DNA from: an uncultured Gammaproteobacteria bacterium
GTDB taxonomy: Bacteria > Patescibacteriota > Patescibacteriia > XYB2-FULL-38-15
Length of the DNA stretch: 64,000 nt
Reading direction: 5' to 3'
NCBI GenBank assembly: GCA_965231095.1
Contig: OZ246416.1
Coordinates: 741,595-805,594, forward strand
Position 1 is the stretch's first letter. Each line of letters starts with the position of its first letter. The position numbers and the translations under genes were made by a program. Below the pieces are notes generated by a model, which saw nothing but the letters and a program-made list of their open reading frames with translations, was not told the origin of the DNA and ran no database searches. This document shows, piece by piece, positions 30,535 to 39,533 of the stretch.

Positions 30535-30867
30535 TCAAGTGCAGCCGTGGGGGACATGGCCGGGATGGCCGATGGGGTGGGCGCAGATCTCATCGTCCCA
30601 TTCCTTGATCGCGCGATCTTCGGCTTCTTCGGCGAGACGGCGTTCCTCGGCTTGTCGCGCCAGAAGGTCTTCTAGGGTTTCTGGGCGCAAGAGGTCGCCG
30701 GCGCGGAGCGTCCGCGGGACACGCTTCTTCTTACGGCTCTTGCGGCGCGTGATTGCGACATCGGCTCGTCCGCCCGATCGGTTTGTGGCAGGCGTGAGAG
30801 GAACCGCAGTCTGTCGGCACCCCTCATGGAATGCTTGCACGCCCCTTTGTTTTTGACGGGAACTCAT
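30535..30867 (-). CDS. GC-rich basic small protein (110 aa), unknown
   Basis: SD AAGGAGG. Arg/Lys-rich, with C-terminal HPIGHPGHVPHGC. Divergent from 31054-31308. Confidence 0.45.
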   Translation of the reverse strand: MSSRQKQRGVQAFHEGCRQTAVPLTPATNRSGGRADVAITRRKSRKKKRVPRTLRAGDLLRPETLEDLLARQAEERRLAEEAEDRAIKEWDDEICAHPIGHPGHVPHGCT

Positions 30868-30955
30868 GTCAAGTCCTCCTTCTTGTCCGCTCTTGGCGGA
30901 TTTTTTCGCTGATTAAAGTTTAGCATTTTAAAAATTTTTGTAAATATAAAAATTC

Positions 30956-30984
30956 TTGACAAATTTTTAAAAAAGCTTTATTGT
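30956..30984 (+). promoter_or_regulatory. sigma70-like promoter, TTGACA-17-TATTGT
   Basis: TTGACAaatttttaaaaaagcttTATTGT. Confidence 0.4.
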
Positions 30985-31053
30985 ATAAAGCCGATAGTTT
31001 TTTTGCGGGGCAAGGCTCCAAAAGGAGAGGAGGAGGAGACGGACGGAAGGTTC

Positions 31054-31308
31054 ATGGATCTGACGAGGGACAGAAGGCTTCACCTGACGGATTTTCTCAA
31101 GACGCACGTCGGGCGCGGCGAGGAAATCGTCGCGATCAAGGAGGTGCCGGTCGACAACCACGTGCGAGTGGCGCGTGAAGAGGACGGGACCACGAGTTTC
31201 GTCGTGGTCTACGTGACCGAGGTCGGACCGGAAAGGGTCGTGGCGCGGGGTCTGCGCGACGGCGAGTTCGCTTTCAGCCCCGACTATCCCTGCATCGTGC
31301 GCGTGTAG
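31054..31308 (+). CDS. GC-rich small hypothetical protein (84 aa)
   Basis: SD GGAGGAGGAGGAG then ATG at 31054. The track ORF starts earlier at 31003. Confidence 0.45.
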   Translation: MDLTRDRRLHLTDFLKTHVGRGEEIVAIKEVPVDNHVRVAREEDGTTSFVVVYVTEVGPERVVARGLRDGEFAFSPDYPCIVRV

Positions 31309-31332
31309 TCTCCGCGGTAGTACAACCAATTC

Positions 31333-31365
31333 GGCTCGTAGCCACCTGAAATATGGTGGCTTTTT
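31333..31365 (+). terminator. intrinsic terminator
   Basis: agccacc-tgaaatat-ggtggct plus TTTTTTTAT. Confidence 0.5.
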
Positions 31366-31437
31366 TTATATAATTTTTCAAACAAAAACACCTCGCCCTA
31401 ATGACGAGATGTTTTTATGCGTGGTGTAGGGAAGTAT

Positions 31438-31884
31438 TCAGAGTTTTGGACGGAGTGAAGATTCGGGAGGAACTGCTATTTTTCTTTTTTCAAACCAGCC
31501 AATCAAAAATAAAATTCCCACAAGAAACGCCGGCGCGCCGACTATCAGCGAAATGGTAAAAGAGATGTACCAGGGTTCGGCGTCCATTCGTGTAAGTGAA
31601 AAAATTATGTGTAATATACTCGCGAGAATAAAAGTGACCCCGCCAACAATTTCATATTTCCACGAGATTATGAGAATGATCAACAATATCAAGGCGGGGA
31701 TATTATGCATAAACAAACCGAGGGCTATTTGTCCGAAAGTCAGCCCTGGTTCAAAAACATCCAGTGAAAACATCATTAAAAAAATAACAAAGATTATTGA
31801 TAATATCCTTGGCGCCCAATATATAAATTTATTAATTTTTTTATCCATACATTTATTATACTCTACTTTCCAAAACCAAAACAC
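31438..31884 (-). CDS. small polytopic membrane protein
   Basis: Four hydrophobic segments. Confidence 0.45.
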   Translation of the reverse strand: MFWFWKVEYNKCMDKKINKFIYWAPRILSIIFVIFLMMFSLDVFEPGLTFGQIALGLFMHNIPALILLIILIISWKYEIVGGVTFILASILHIIFSLTRMDAEPWYISFTISLIVGAPAFLVGILFLIGWFEKRKIAVPPESSLRPKL

Positions 31885-31997
31885 CTCCCGCGAAGGAGAT
31901 GTTTTGGTGGGGTCACGTAGTGGAGTCTATTGGAACTATTTTTAGAAGTTTAAACGGAGATATCTATATTCCCCAACTCACTGGCTGAGATTGAAAT

Positions 31998-32783
31998 TTA
32001 TTTTATCTTGGTCCAAGTGCCGCATCTTGAGGATTTGAAACCTTTATCGGTGGCGGCTATCGTTACAACTGCTGATGAGTCCGTATTTTCATTTGCGATT
32101 ATATCACCAAGGGCACCACTGAATCCCCGTAATCTTGAATAATAACAACCCTCGCTGCCGCTGCTTCTATAGGTGCCTGGCGAGATATCAGTTCCTATAA
32201 TAAAAATCCCATCTCCAAAGGTGGTTTGATCTGTGGTAATTGCCGAGAGGTCTTGCGTCCATATTCCGCAACGAGATGATTTAAAGCCCTTATCAGTGGC
32301 GGCGATTGTTACGACGGCGGGAGCATCCGTATTTTCGTTAGCAATGATTTCACTTAACGATCCACCAAAACCGCTAAGACGAGAATAATAGCAACCAGAT
32401 GAAGCTACCCGAGTTCGATAAGTTCCTGGTTGGATGTCTGTTCCGACGATATGATTACCGTCTCCAAAATGAGGTTTTGATAGCGCCTCTTGCAAGGCTT
32501 TTTCTTCGGCTTCACGTCTAGCTTGTTCCTCGGGGCTTAATTGTGCAGTTTCAGTTTCGATTTGAGTCGTATCTGGAGATTGAGACATTGATTCTTTCTT
32601 GCTCGTATCTGCCGTTAGCCCAAACAAAACAAAAGAGGCGAGAGCGGCAATGCCAAATATTAAACCAATTTTCTTTCTCGTGACGCCGCTTTTAATAAGG
32701 CGCGAAAATAATGTTGGTTTAATTAGTCCAATTATTAGACAAACGAACGAAGTGAGAAATAAAAGTAAAAATAAATTGTCCAT
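31998..32783 (-). CDS. membrane-anchored protein with two tandem roughly 75-aa repeats
   Basis: N-terminal TM. The unit GDG.HI.GTDI.PGTYR...GCYYSRL.GF.G.L..IIANENTD..AVVTIAATDKGFKSSRCG occurs twice. Confidence 0.55.
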   Translation of the reverse strand: MDNLFLLLFLTSFVCLIIGLIKPTLFSRLIKSGVTRKKIGLIFGIAALASFVLFGLTADTSKKESMSQSPDTTQIETETAQLSPEEQARREAEEKALQEALSKPHFGDGNHIVGTDIQPGTYRTRVASSGCYYSRLSGFGGSLSEIIANENTDAPAVVTIAATDKGFKSSRCGIWTQDLSAITTDQTTFGDGIFIIGTDISPGTYRSSGSEGCYYSRLRGFSGALGDIIANENTDSSAVVTIAATDKGFKSSRCGTWTKIK

Positions 32784-32814
32784 AATATTTCTTTAATTTT
32801 TTAAATATTATAAC

Positions 32815-33015
32815 TTAATCTATAAGACCACTTGCGCCATGTTTTCCGAGAAATAAAGGTAAGGCGGAAAATAACCCTACGCCTATCCAATACCAGACCG
32901 GCAAAGTAAATAGAGTAAAAGGTGATCCGGTAATTCCTATCCGAGTAATAAGAACAAAGCATAAAAATAGAACGAGAGAAGCAGTAATTCTTTTTCTTAA
33001 ATTGTTATTTTTCAT
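32815..33015 (-). CDS. small membrane protein
   Basis: Two hydrophobic helices; weak. Confidence 0.3.
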   Translation of the reverse strand: MKNNNLRKRITASLVLFLCFVLITRIGITGSPFTLFTLPVWYWIGVGLFSALPLFLGKHGASGLID

Positions 33016-33027
33016 AAATTATTTTTG

Positions 33028-33987
33028 CTAAATGTTTTTTATTTCTTTTTGGCTATAATTTTCGACGCCCCATACTCTAGATGTAATATTCAACAAATAA
33101 ATTTCAATACCGAAAGTTATCATCAGGGTGATTGGAATAGCCAGTTGTAAATAATTGAATAAATACAATATTGCTAAAATGATGTAAGAAATTTGTGATA
33201 TATACACGCCCAAAATTGAGGCAAGGGCGTCGGGGCCCTCTTTACTAGCCATATAACTAAGTGGACCAGTAGCAATGCCGTAGCCAAATAAGAGAAATGG
33301 AAAGATATTTATGCTAAGTTTTTCGGCTGACGAAACTGCATAGCCAAAAATATAGAAAGTATAAAATAAAATAACAAAATGAGTAATCAACATCGAGATA
33401 AAACCGATTACTAGTGCAAATATTTTTTTATTTTTTGTATAAGCATAGGTTACCAAACCCGCTAGGGGTATTTCTATCAACAAAACGATTGAAAAAATGA
33501 AGGGAGCAATTATATCAATTAAAATACCACTAACAACCAATCCCCATTGTCTTAAAAATAACAACCATATTGCCCCTGCTATTATTCCGAAAAAGTTTAG
33601 AAAAATTATTGGATAGATTGTAACTTTAAGAATATTAGAAAAAATATTTTCGATAGTATCAGTTTTACCCTGGATATCTAGATAGGCGTAGTAGGACAAG
33701 GCTAGCTGAATAAGCCACCTTATTATTTCCGCGATCGCGTCATCGTAGCTATATAAGAAAATGTTTGGTAAAAAGAACAATAAAAAAACAACGATCGCCT
33801 TTTTCCAAGAATAATATAAAAAACCGAAGGCACCAAAAATAAAAACTAGAATAGCGCCTAGCCAGGGGTTCTTCTTCTTTTCTACCTTAAGCGTTTTTTT
33901 AATTTCATCCGAATCAATCTTCACTCCACACTCTATACAAAATTGTCCATTGTCTAAAATTTTAGTGCCGCATCGTTCGCAAAACAT
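33028..33987 (-). CDS. Zn-ribbon (CxxC-x-CxxC) polytopic membrane protein, paralog 1
   Basis: MFCERCGTKILDNGQFCIECG then multiple TM helices. Confidence 0.55.
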   Translation of the reverse strand: MFCERCGTKILDNGQFCIECGVKIDSDEIKKTLKVEKKKNPWLGAILVFIFGAFGFLYYSWKKAIVVFLLFFLPNIFLYSYDDAIAEIIRWLIQLALSYYAYLDIQGKTDTIENIFSNILKVTIYPIIFLNFFGIIAGAIWLLFLRQWGLVVSGILIDIIAPFIFSIVLLIEIPLAGLVTYAYTKNKKIFALVIGFISMLITHFVILFYTFYIFGYAVSSAEKLSINIFPFLLFGYGIATGPLSYMASKEGPDALASILGVYISQISYIILAILYLFNYLQLAIPITLMITFGIEIYLLNITSRVWGVENYSQKEIKNI

Positions 33988-33996
33988 TATTATAAA

Positions 33997-34575
33997 TTAG
34001 TTGATAAATAGTTGGTTAAAATTTTTACCTGCTCTAAATATATTGTCGATATCATTATTAAACAAATCAAAAAGTTGACCGAAAACTTCTTTAGAATATT
34101 GGCCGGTATAGATCCCTTCAAATCTTAATGTAACTAGTCCTTCATTTGTTATATCATAAAATGCTCTAGCGCAGTTGAAAGATTTATTTGCGTTATTAAT
34201 AAAATCGCCCATTTTATCATTCCATTTTTTATTTGTAGTTAGACTGATTTTTAATAGCATTACATTCGGGATTAAACTAAAGATGGCCATATTATTCCGT
34301 TGGTCGTGATTCGCAAAAAGGACATCTTTCTCGCCGCCTATTTTTGCTTTTTCAATTACGGTTTTATATCCAAGAAAACTAAGATGGTTACTGATATCGT
34401 CAAGGACCGAAGAGCCACGTTTAATTTCTTCTTTATTTGGGATATTTACCTTGCTTCCACACTTCGGACAAAATTTTGAATTTTCGGGCGTCTCGAAATT
34501 GCAATTTTGACAGTTCATAAGTTTTAAGTTAAATAATTTAATAATTAGAAAAATTTTTTCAATTCTTTTTGCCAA
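33997..34575 (-). CDS. Zn-ribbon domain protein, paralog 2 (soluble C-terminal domain)
   Basis: CQNCNFETPENSKFCPKCG N-terminus. Confidence 0.5.
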   Translation of the reverse strand: MAKRIEKIFLIIKLFNLKLMNCQNCNFETPENSKFCPKCGSKVNIPNKEEIKRGSSVLDDISNHLSFLGYKTVIEKAKIGGEKDVLFANHDQRNNMAIFSLIPNVMLLKISLTTNKKWNDKMGDFINNANKSFNCARAFYDITNEGLVTLRFEGIYTGQYSKEVFGQLFDLFNNDIDNIFRAGKNFNQLFIN

Positions 34576-34937
34576 TCGGGCTTTCGGCCTAACATAACAT
34601 AAAGAAAAGAAATTTTAATCAGTCTAATAATTGCTAAATAAATCACTAGCGTTAGTAGTGAATACCAAAATGCTTTTTCGCTTGTATCAACGGTAGAGCG
34701 AGTTAAATAATCATAGGACGACCTATTTTCCTCCCAAGCAATCAAAATAACTAGTGGCAGAGGAAAATATAAAAGGATATAAAAAATTTTAGCTAGCCGA
34801 TACCACCATCGCTCATCGGGGCGAGACACGGACTTTATTTTTTGTGTAGGTTCAGTATCCGGCGAAGTAGGGCGCCCGCACTTTATACAAAATTTATCAG
34901 TTTCGTTTAGGGGAGCGCCGCAATATGTGCAAAACAT
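34545..34937 (-). CDS. Zn-ribbon membrane protein, paralog 3
   Basis: MFCTYCGAPLNETDKFCIKCG plus two TM helices. Confidence 0.5.
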   Translation of the reverse strand: MFCTYCGAPLNETDKFCIKCGRPTSPDTEPTQKIKSVSRPDERWWYRLAKIFYILLYFPLPLVILIAWEENRSSYDYLTRSTVDTSEKAFWYSLLTLVIYLAIIRLIKISFLYVMLGRKPDWQKELKKFF

Positions 34938-34939
34938 AT

Positions 34940-36070
34940 TTAGGGGTTGAATTTAAAGGAATTAATAAAATTAGACAATTTTATATCGGTCGATAGAGTG
35001 TCATTATCTGTGAAATAATCCAGAGAGATATTATACAGACGGTTGCCATTAAATAATAAAATTCCTTTTAAAATTTCGCTGTCAATCCGTATTTCATATT
35101 TTAATGCCCCCTTACCTAGTAGTTGTTCAAAATTACTAGAGATTAGTTTAGTATCTTCTACATTATTTAGCATTCCATTTAGCGCCCCCTCAAGGCCGGC
35201 AGATACATTGAAATCTTCTAAAGTGTCGTCTATCCTTGGATCAGAATATTCATAAATAAAAACGTAGTAAGTCATTTCGTTCTTAGAAGAGGAATAAGTA
35301 ATCGTTTTTGTTTGACCAATATCTTCATCAAATGTCACTTCTTCTTTTTGTTGAGGTTGGTCCGGAAAGGTTATGGAAAATTTTTGATCAATTGAGGTAA
35401 ATTCGTAATTAGCCGGAGTAGATTGGTTTGAGTTGGTTGTATTGGTTGAGCCATTCGATTGAAAATAGAAATACAACCAAACGCTTAATATCGTTACTGC
35501 GCCAATACACGCCACAATGAAAATTATAAATTTCTTCCAAAAAAGTTTATTGCTTTCTTGCCGCGCCATTTTTTGTTCTTTGCTAAAAGACAACGACGCT
35601 GGCGGCAGCTTTTCTCCAGCGATAATCTTTAGTGGTTCTACAATTTCTGGATAAAACCAGATCCAACTGAGGGGAGCGAGTAGAATGGTAAAAATAGCAT
35701 TGGCACGAGAAATTTTTTCGGCTCGGAGAACTATTACACAGTAGACAACAAAATATACTAGCAATGCCAAATACGCCCAAAAAATTAAAGCGTAAACGTC
35801 AACATCAATATCTGCCGCAGCTCTCGTTAAAATCATGCCGATAAACACAGAGACAAACAGTATTCTTAATCGAAGTAAATATTTTTTTGCCTCGTCAACG
35901 CTTTTTATATTTGTATGTGCCATGTATTGTTCCGCCGTCATGCCGGGAGTTGAGATTTTGGTTTGATCGGCTGAGGACGCTGTCTCGGTCGTCTCTAGTG
36001 CTTTGCCACAATTATGGCAAAATTTACTGTCAGTCGAAGTTTGTTTTTGGCCGCAATTTTTACAAAACAT
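34940..36070 (-). CDS. Zn-ribbon membrane protein, paralog 4, with extracytoplasmic C-terminal domain
   Basis: MFCKNCGQKQTSTDSKFCHNCG, TM helices, and a soluble C-terminal domain. Confidence 0.55.
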   Translation of the reverse strand: MFCKNCGQKQTSTDSKFCHNCGKALETTETASSADQTKISTPGMTAEQYMAHTNIKSVDEAKKYLLRLRILFVSVFIGMILTRAAADIDVDVYALIFWAYLALLVYFVVYCVIVLRAEKISRANAIFTILLAPLSWIWFYPEIVEPLKIIAGEKLPPASLSFSKEQKMARQESNKLFWKKFIIFIVACIGAVTILSVWLYFYFQSNGSTNTTNSNQSTPANYEFTSIDQKFSITFPDQPQQKEEVTFDEDIGQTKTITYSSSKNEMTYYVFIYEYSDPRIDDTLEDFNVSAGLEGALNGMLNNVEDTKLISSNFEQLLGKGALKYEIRIDSEILKGILLFNGNRLYNISLDYFTDNDTLSTDIKLSNFINSFKFNP

Positions 36071-36092
36071 AATTTTAGATTAAAAAATAAAA

Positions 36093-36120
36093 CACCCCCT
36101 GCGGTGTTTTTTGTTATCTT
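36093..36120 (-). terminator. bidirectional terminator hairpin
   Basis: aacaccccctgcggtgtt flanked by an A-run and a T-run. Confidence 0.45.
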
Positions 36121-36381
36121 TCTTCTATTATATTAATACTCATATTTTTAAATTATACCACTAATTATAATTTATAAACACAAAGCTCCCCGTCAGCTAG
36201 CAACCTTTCGGCCGCCCATACCCCTTTCGGGATATGACCCATCCCTGAGTCACTGAACGAGGAGCTCAATGTCAGGGATGGGTTTTGGAACCATGCCTCG
36301 CGGAGGGAGCGAGGTTTAGGCTTTTTTGTTGTATTTATATTTTAGCAAGAAAAGCTGAGTAATGGAAATGATGATTTAATC

Positions 36382-36627
36382 TTATAACTCTTTTTTGATT
36401 TCTCCCCATGTTATCCCGCTGTATTGTTCAATCTCCTTTAAGATGTAGCATAAAACGTCTTTTCGTAATTTGGACGGAATAGTGATCGATTTTTGTGTTC
36501 TGGGCCAGAGCGCCTTGTAATGACTTCCATCTCCGCCCTTAGTATTAATAACAAAACCAAGACGTTTTAAGGCCTTGGTAAATTTTTTTCTTTTTATTTC
36601 CCCGGGTAATTCGCTAAGAGAAGGCAT
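36382..36627 (-). CDS. HicA/YcfA-like mRNA-interferase toxin family protein
   Basis: KKFTKALKRLGFVINTKGGDGSHYKALWP...ITIPSKLRKDVLCYILKEI matches the HicA fold pattern. Start chosen at MPSLSEL. Confidence 0.5.
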   Translation of the reverse strand: MPSLSELPGEIKRKKFTKALKRLGFVINTKGGDGSHYKALWPRTQKSITIPSKLRKDVLCYILKEIEQYSGITWGEIKKEL

Positions 36628-36985
36628 ATTCTTCTTTTTTCTCTTCGGTCCTACGAATATCTGCCTCTTTTGCGTAGGACGACGGGACTTCAAAAGAGGT
36701 AAGAATGGCATCTTTTACTTTTTTATCTAATTCTTCTGGATTTTTCCCGAAGGTTATTATAGACCCATATCTAAAATTTGTGCTAGTAGCGACAATTACG
36801 TTACCTTCTTTTTTGTTTTTAAAATTTATAGGGCCGTATACTCTAAAATAATGATTTAATTCGGAGAGGCCCCGGGGGACAATTGTTTCACCTAGTATAA
36901 ATTTAAAGAAAGCGTCTTTTGTTTTCTTTAGTATTGGCATAATGGGCAATTTTAGCACGTTATCTTTATAAGTCAAGTATAACAT
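36614..36985 (-). CDS. hypothetical protein, possible HicB-like antitoxin partner
   Basis: Overlaps the HicA-like start by 14 nt. Weak RNase H-like HicB resemblance. Start chosen at MLYLTYKDN. Confidence 0.3.
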   Translation of the reverse strand: MLYLTYKDNVLKLPIMPILKKTKDAFFKFILGETIVPRGLSELNHYFRVYGPINFKNKKEGNVIVATSTNFRYGSIITFGKNPEELDKKVKDAILTSFEVPSSYAKEADIRRTEEKKEEYAFS

Positions 36986-37088
36986 AGTTTGTTGTTTAGC
37001 ACCAATATTAAAGCATTGATTTTTTATAAGAAATTGGTAAAGTTTAGATACGGTGGTTTGATAATGAAAATGAAAATATAACATTATT

Positions 37089-37844
37089 ATGAACAAAAAA
37101 GAATCAGAGGTGTGGATAGCCAAATATCATAAAAAAATTGAAGAATATTATTTATCGCAGGGCTACAAGAAAGTTTGGAATTATTTTTTGGCAATTACTA
37201 AAACGGATTATTTTTTACAAACGATAGGGGAATTGAGAAAAAAATATAATATACCGCCGGAAGGGTTCAAGCCTAAAGATAAGCACTATCTTTTTCCACC
37301 GTCCGGAGTCAGTTTTGAAGACTCCAAAAAGATGAGAGATGAGATAAGGGATAAAATATGCAAAAAATATAAGCTGCACGGTTTTGATTACGGCGAGGTG
37401 ATACAAGAATATGTATATTATGGTTTTTTCCATCCGATATCCCAGATTAATGCTTGCGGTTTATTTTATACTTATGATTTTATTTTGGATAAGAAAGAAC
37501 CCTTTGACGAGATGGTCCAAGAAAGCGATGATTTGGCTTACCCCATTGCGATAAGAATGAGTCCTTATGCCACTCAAAGGGATTTAATCAATTACATAAA
37601 AATAGTTTGGGATAATGAAATAGATTTTTTACGGAAAAAATACGCAGATCCCAATATCAAAATCGGGAAAATAAAATCTAGAAAAATAAGTATTCAAGAA
37701 AGAAATGATTTTATATACAAACATAGAGATAAGCCATTAAAAGAAATTATGAGGGTTCTAAATAGGGAGAGGGGGATATTATTAGACTGGGGCCATATTG
37801 CTAAAATAATATCCCTTGAAAGAAAAAGAAGAAAAGAAGTGTAG
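37089..37844 (+). CDS. hypothetical protein (251 aa)
   Basis: Long ORF with AT-rich host-like codon usage; no recognisable motif. Confidence 0.45.
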   Translation: MNKKESEVWIAKYHKKIEEYYLSQGYKKVWNYFLAITKTDYFLQTIGELRKKYNIPPEGFKPKDKHYLFPPSGVSFEDSKKMRDEIRDKICKKYKLHGFDYGEVIQEYVYYGFFHPISQINACGLFYTYDFILDKKEPFDEMVQESDDLAYPIAIRMSPYATQRDLINYIKIVWDNEIDFLRKKYADPNIKIGKIKSRKISIQERNDFIYKHRDKPLKEIMRVLNRERGILLDWGHIAKIISLERKRRKEV

Positions 37845-37924
37845 TACAGAAAATTCTTATTTAAAAAATATAAAAAAGAGTAGCCTAAAATAAAAGGCTG
37901 CTTTTTTATTAATCTAAAATTTTT

Positions 37925-38176
37925 ATGAACAAAAAATTACAAGAAAAAGATTTTTTTAAAACTTCCGATTTGGCTTTGTGCGCGGCACTTTGCTACTGCG
38001 GCTACAAAGTGGAAGCCGTAGACCGACAAAATCCGACAAAAGTGATTTTTCTCATTAAAAGGGACGAGGAGTTGGACGATCTTATTCGTCTTTACTTTAC
38101 CCATGAACTCAAGGTAGAACCATTGAGTTTTTTTAATTGTCTTAAGGAAATAAAAACCAGGATTTATAACATCTAA
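37925..38176 (+). CDS. small hypothetical protein (83 aa)
   Basis: ORF preceded by an AT-rich spacer. Confidence 0.45.
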   Translation: MNKKLQEKDFFKTSDLALCAALCYCGYKVEAVDRQNPTKVIFLIKRDEELDDLIRLYFTHELKVEPLSFFNCLKEIKTRIYNI

Positions 38177-38359
38177 CTAAAATGTTGACGGACGTGCAGA
38201 CAACCGAATTTCAGCGGCTATATAAAAAATGTTTTGGCCGAGAGATCAGCCGCCAAGAAGCCTACGAGAAAGGGATTAAACTTGTTCGTATTATTGAATT
38301 AATGTTCAAAAGTTCAAAATCTAGTCCCGGATTAATTAATCAAAATAAATATTAAAATT

Positions 38360-38614
38360 ATGAAGTCATTAGGGCGAAGATTTAAAAACATCGTAAGCAA
38401 AAATCCTCTTTGGAGCTCCCTCGTTTGTTTTACGGAGGCAGTGAATGGGCAGGGATTTGGTCGACAGACGATCCATCGTTGGTTTCAAAATTTGGTGGAA
38501 AAAGATGATTACAATTTGGGAGACAAAAGAAATATTCTGGCCCATCTTGAGGATTTGTCAAAAGTGGCTGAGGACGACAAAAAACGAGGTCAATTTTGCC
38601 CGCCACGAAGTTAA
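38360..38614 (+). CDS. small hypothetical protein (84 aa)
   Basis: ORF only. Confidence 0.3.
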   Translation: MKSLGRRFKNIVSKNPLWSSLVCFTEAVNGQGFGRQTIHRWFQNLVEKDDYNLGDKRNILAHLEDLSKVAEDDKKRGQFCPPRS

Positions 38615-38638
38615 TTTTACAAGTATGAGTAAATTACT

Positions 38639-38968
38639 ATGACCATAAATATTGATGATTTAAAATTCAAATTCAAATTTAAAGACGACCCGGAAATGCC
38701 CGCTACGATGGTTTTAATAATCGGGCAATTTGAAGTTAGGGGCTTTAGGGTTTTTAAAACGAAGTTTGTGGAGAATACTGGTCGGTATTATATAAAACCG
38801 CCCGCAAATAGGACGGGCAGCGGCAAATGGGTAGATATATTCTGGGTTAACGTGCCAAAAGACTGGAAGTTGCTGGAAAAACTCGCCCTTGAGCAGTTCG
38901 AGAAAGAGCAAGAGGAAAAACTCTTGGGAGAATTCGGATGCACAGAGAAGGGAGAATCACCAGTATAG
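38639..38968 (+). CDS. small hypothetical protein (109 aa)
   Basis: ORF starts 4 nt after the previous stop. Confidence 0.4.
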   Translation: MTINIDDLKFKFKFKDDPEMPATMVLIIGQFEVRGFRVFKTKFVENTGRYYIKPPANRTGSGKWVDIFWVNVPKDWKLLEKLALEQFEKEQEEKLLGEFGCTEKGESPV

Positions 38969-39396
38969 TAATATAATACTATATTACTAAAATAGGACTA
39001 TATAGTTTTATTCCTTTAAGGTGATAATACTTTAGTATATTACTTTTATAGTGTAAGAGAATTAATATAGATTAAAAAATCAAAAAAATCAGAAATAATG
39101 ATTATAGGAAAACATTGGACGATCCGCCTATCAAAAATAGTGGAAAATTATGGGAATAGACGCTGATAAACAGTATAAAAAACAGTTAGAATTTAGGTTT
39201 TTAGGTTTTTAACCTAAATTTGAAAAGTCGTTGTTTTTCAATTTTTCAAGTTTTTAGTTAATCCAAACTAATTTCCGATTATTTCGGTTGAATAACGGCT
39301 TAATGGGTTAAACTGCGATGCCACAGAAATTGGTGGATACTGGTGACATGAAGCCTATTTGGAGTAGTTTTTAAAAAGTGGTATAATATAAGCGTT

Positions 39397-39500
39397 GACC
39401 CAGTTTCAAACTAAATCCGCGAGATTTTTTGTAGATTTCTGCCCTTTAAGGGGCGGTCTGCCAGAAGCCTATCCTCGCGGAGAAGCAACTGGGTCAACCA
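39397..39500 (+). promoter_or_regulatory. structured leader / inverted-repeat site upstream of recombinase gene
   Basis: 12-bp inverted repeat GTTGACCCAGTT...AACTGGGTCAAC enclosing nested stems ccgcgag/ctcgcgg and gcccttt-aaggggc. An extended -10 TGGTATAAT lies at 39378-39386. Confidence 0.35.
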
Positions 39501-39533
39501 GACCGTCCCTTTTGGTTTTTAAATTAAAATTAT

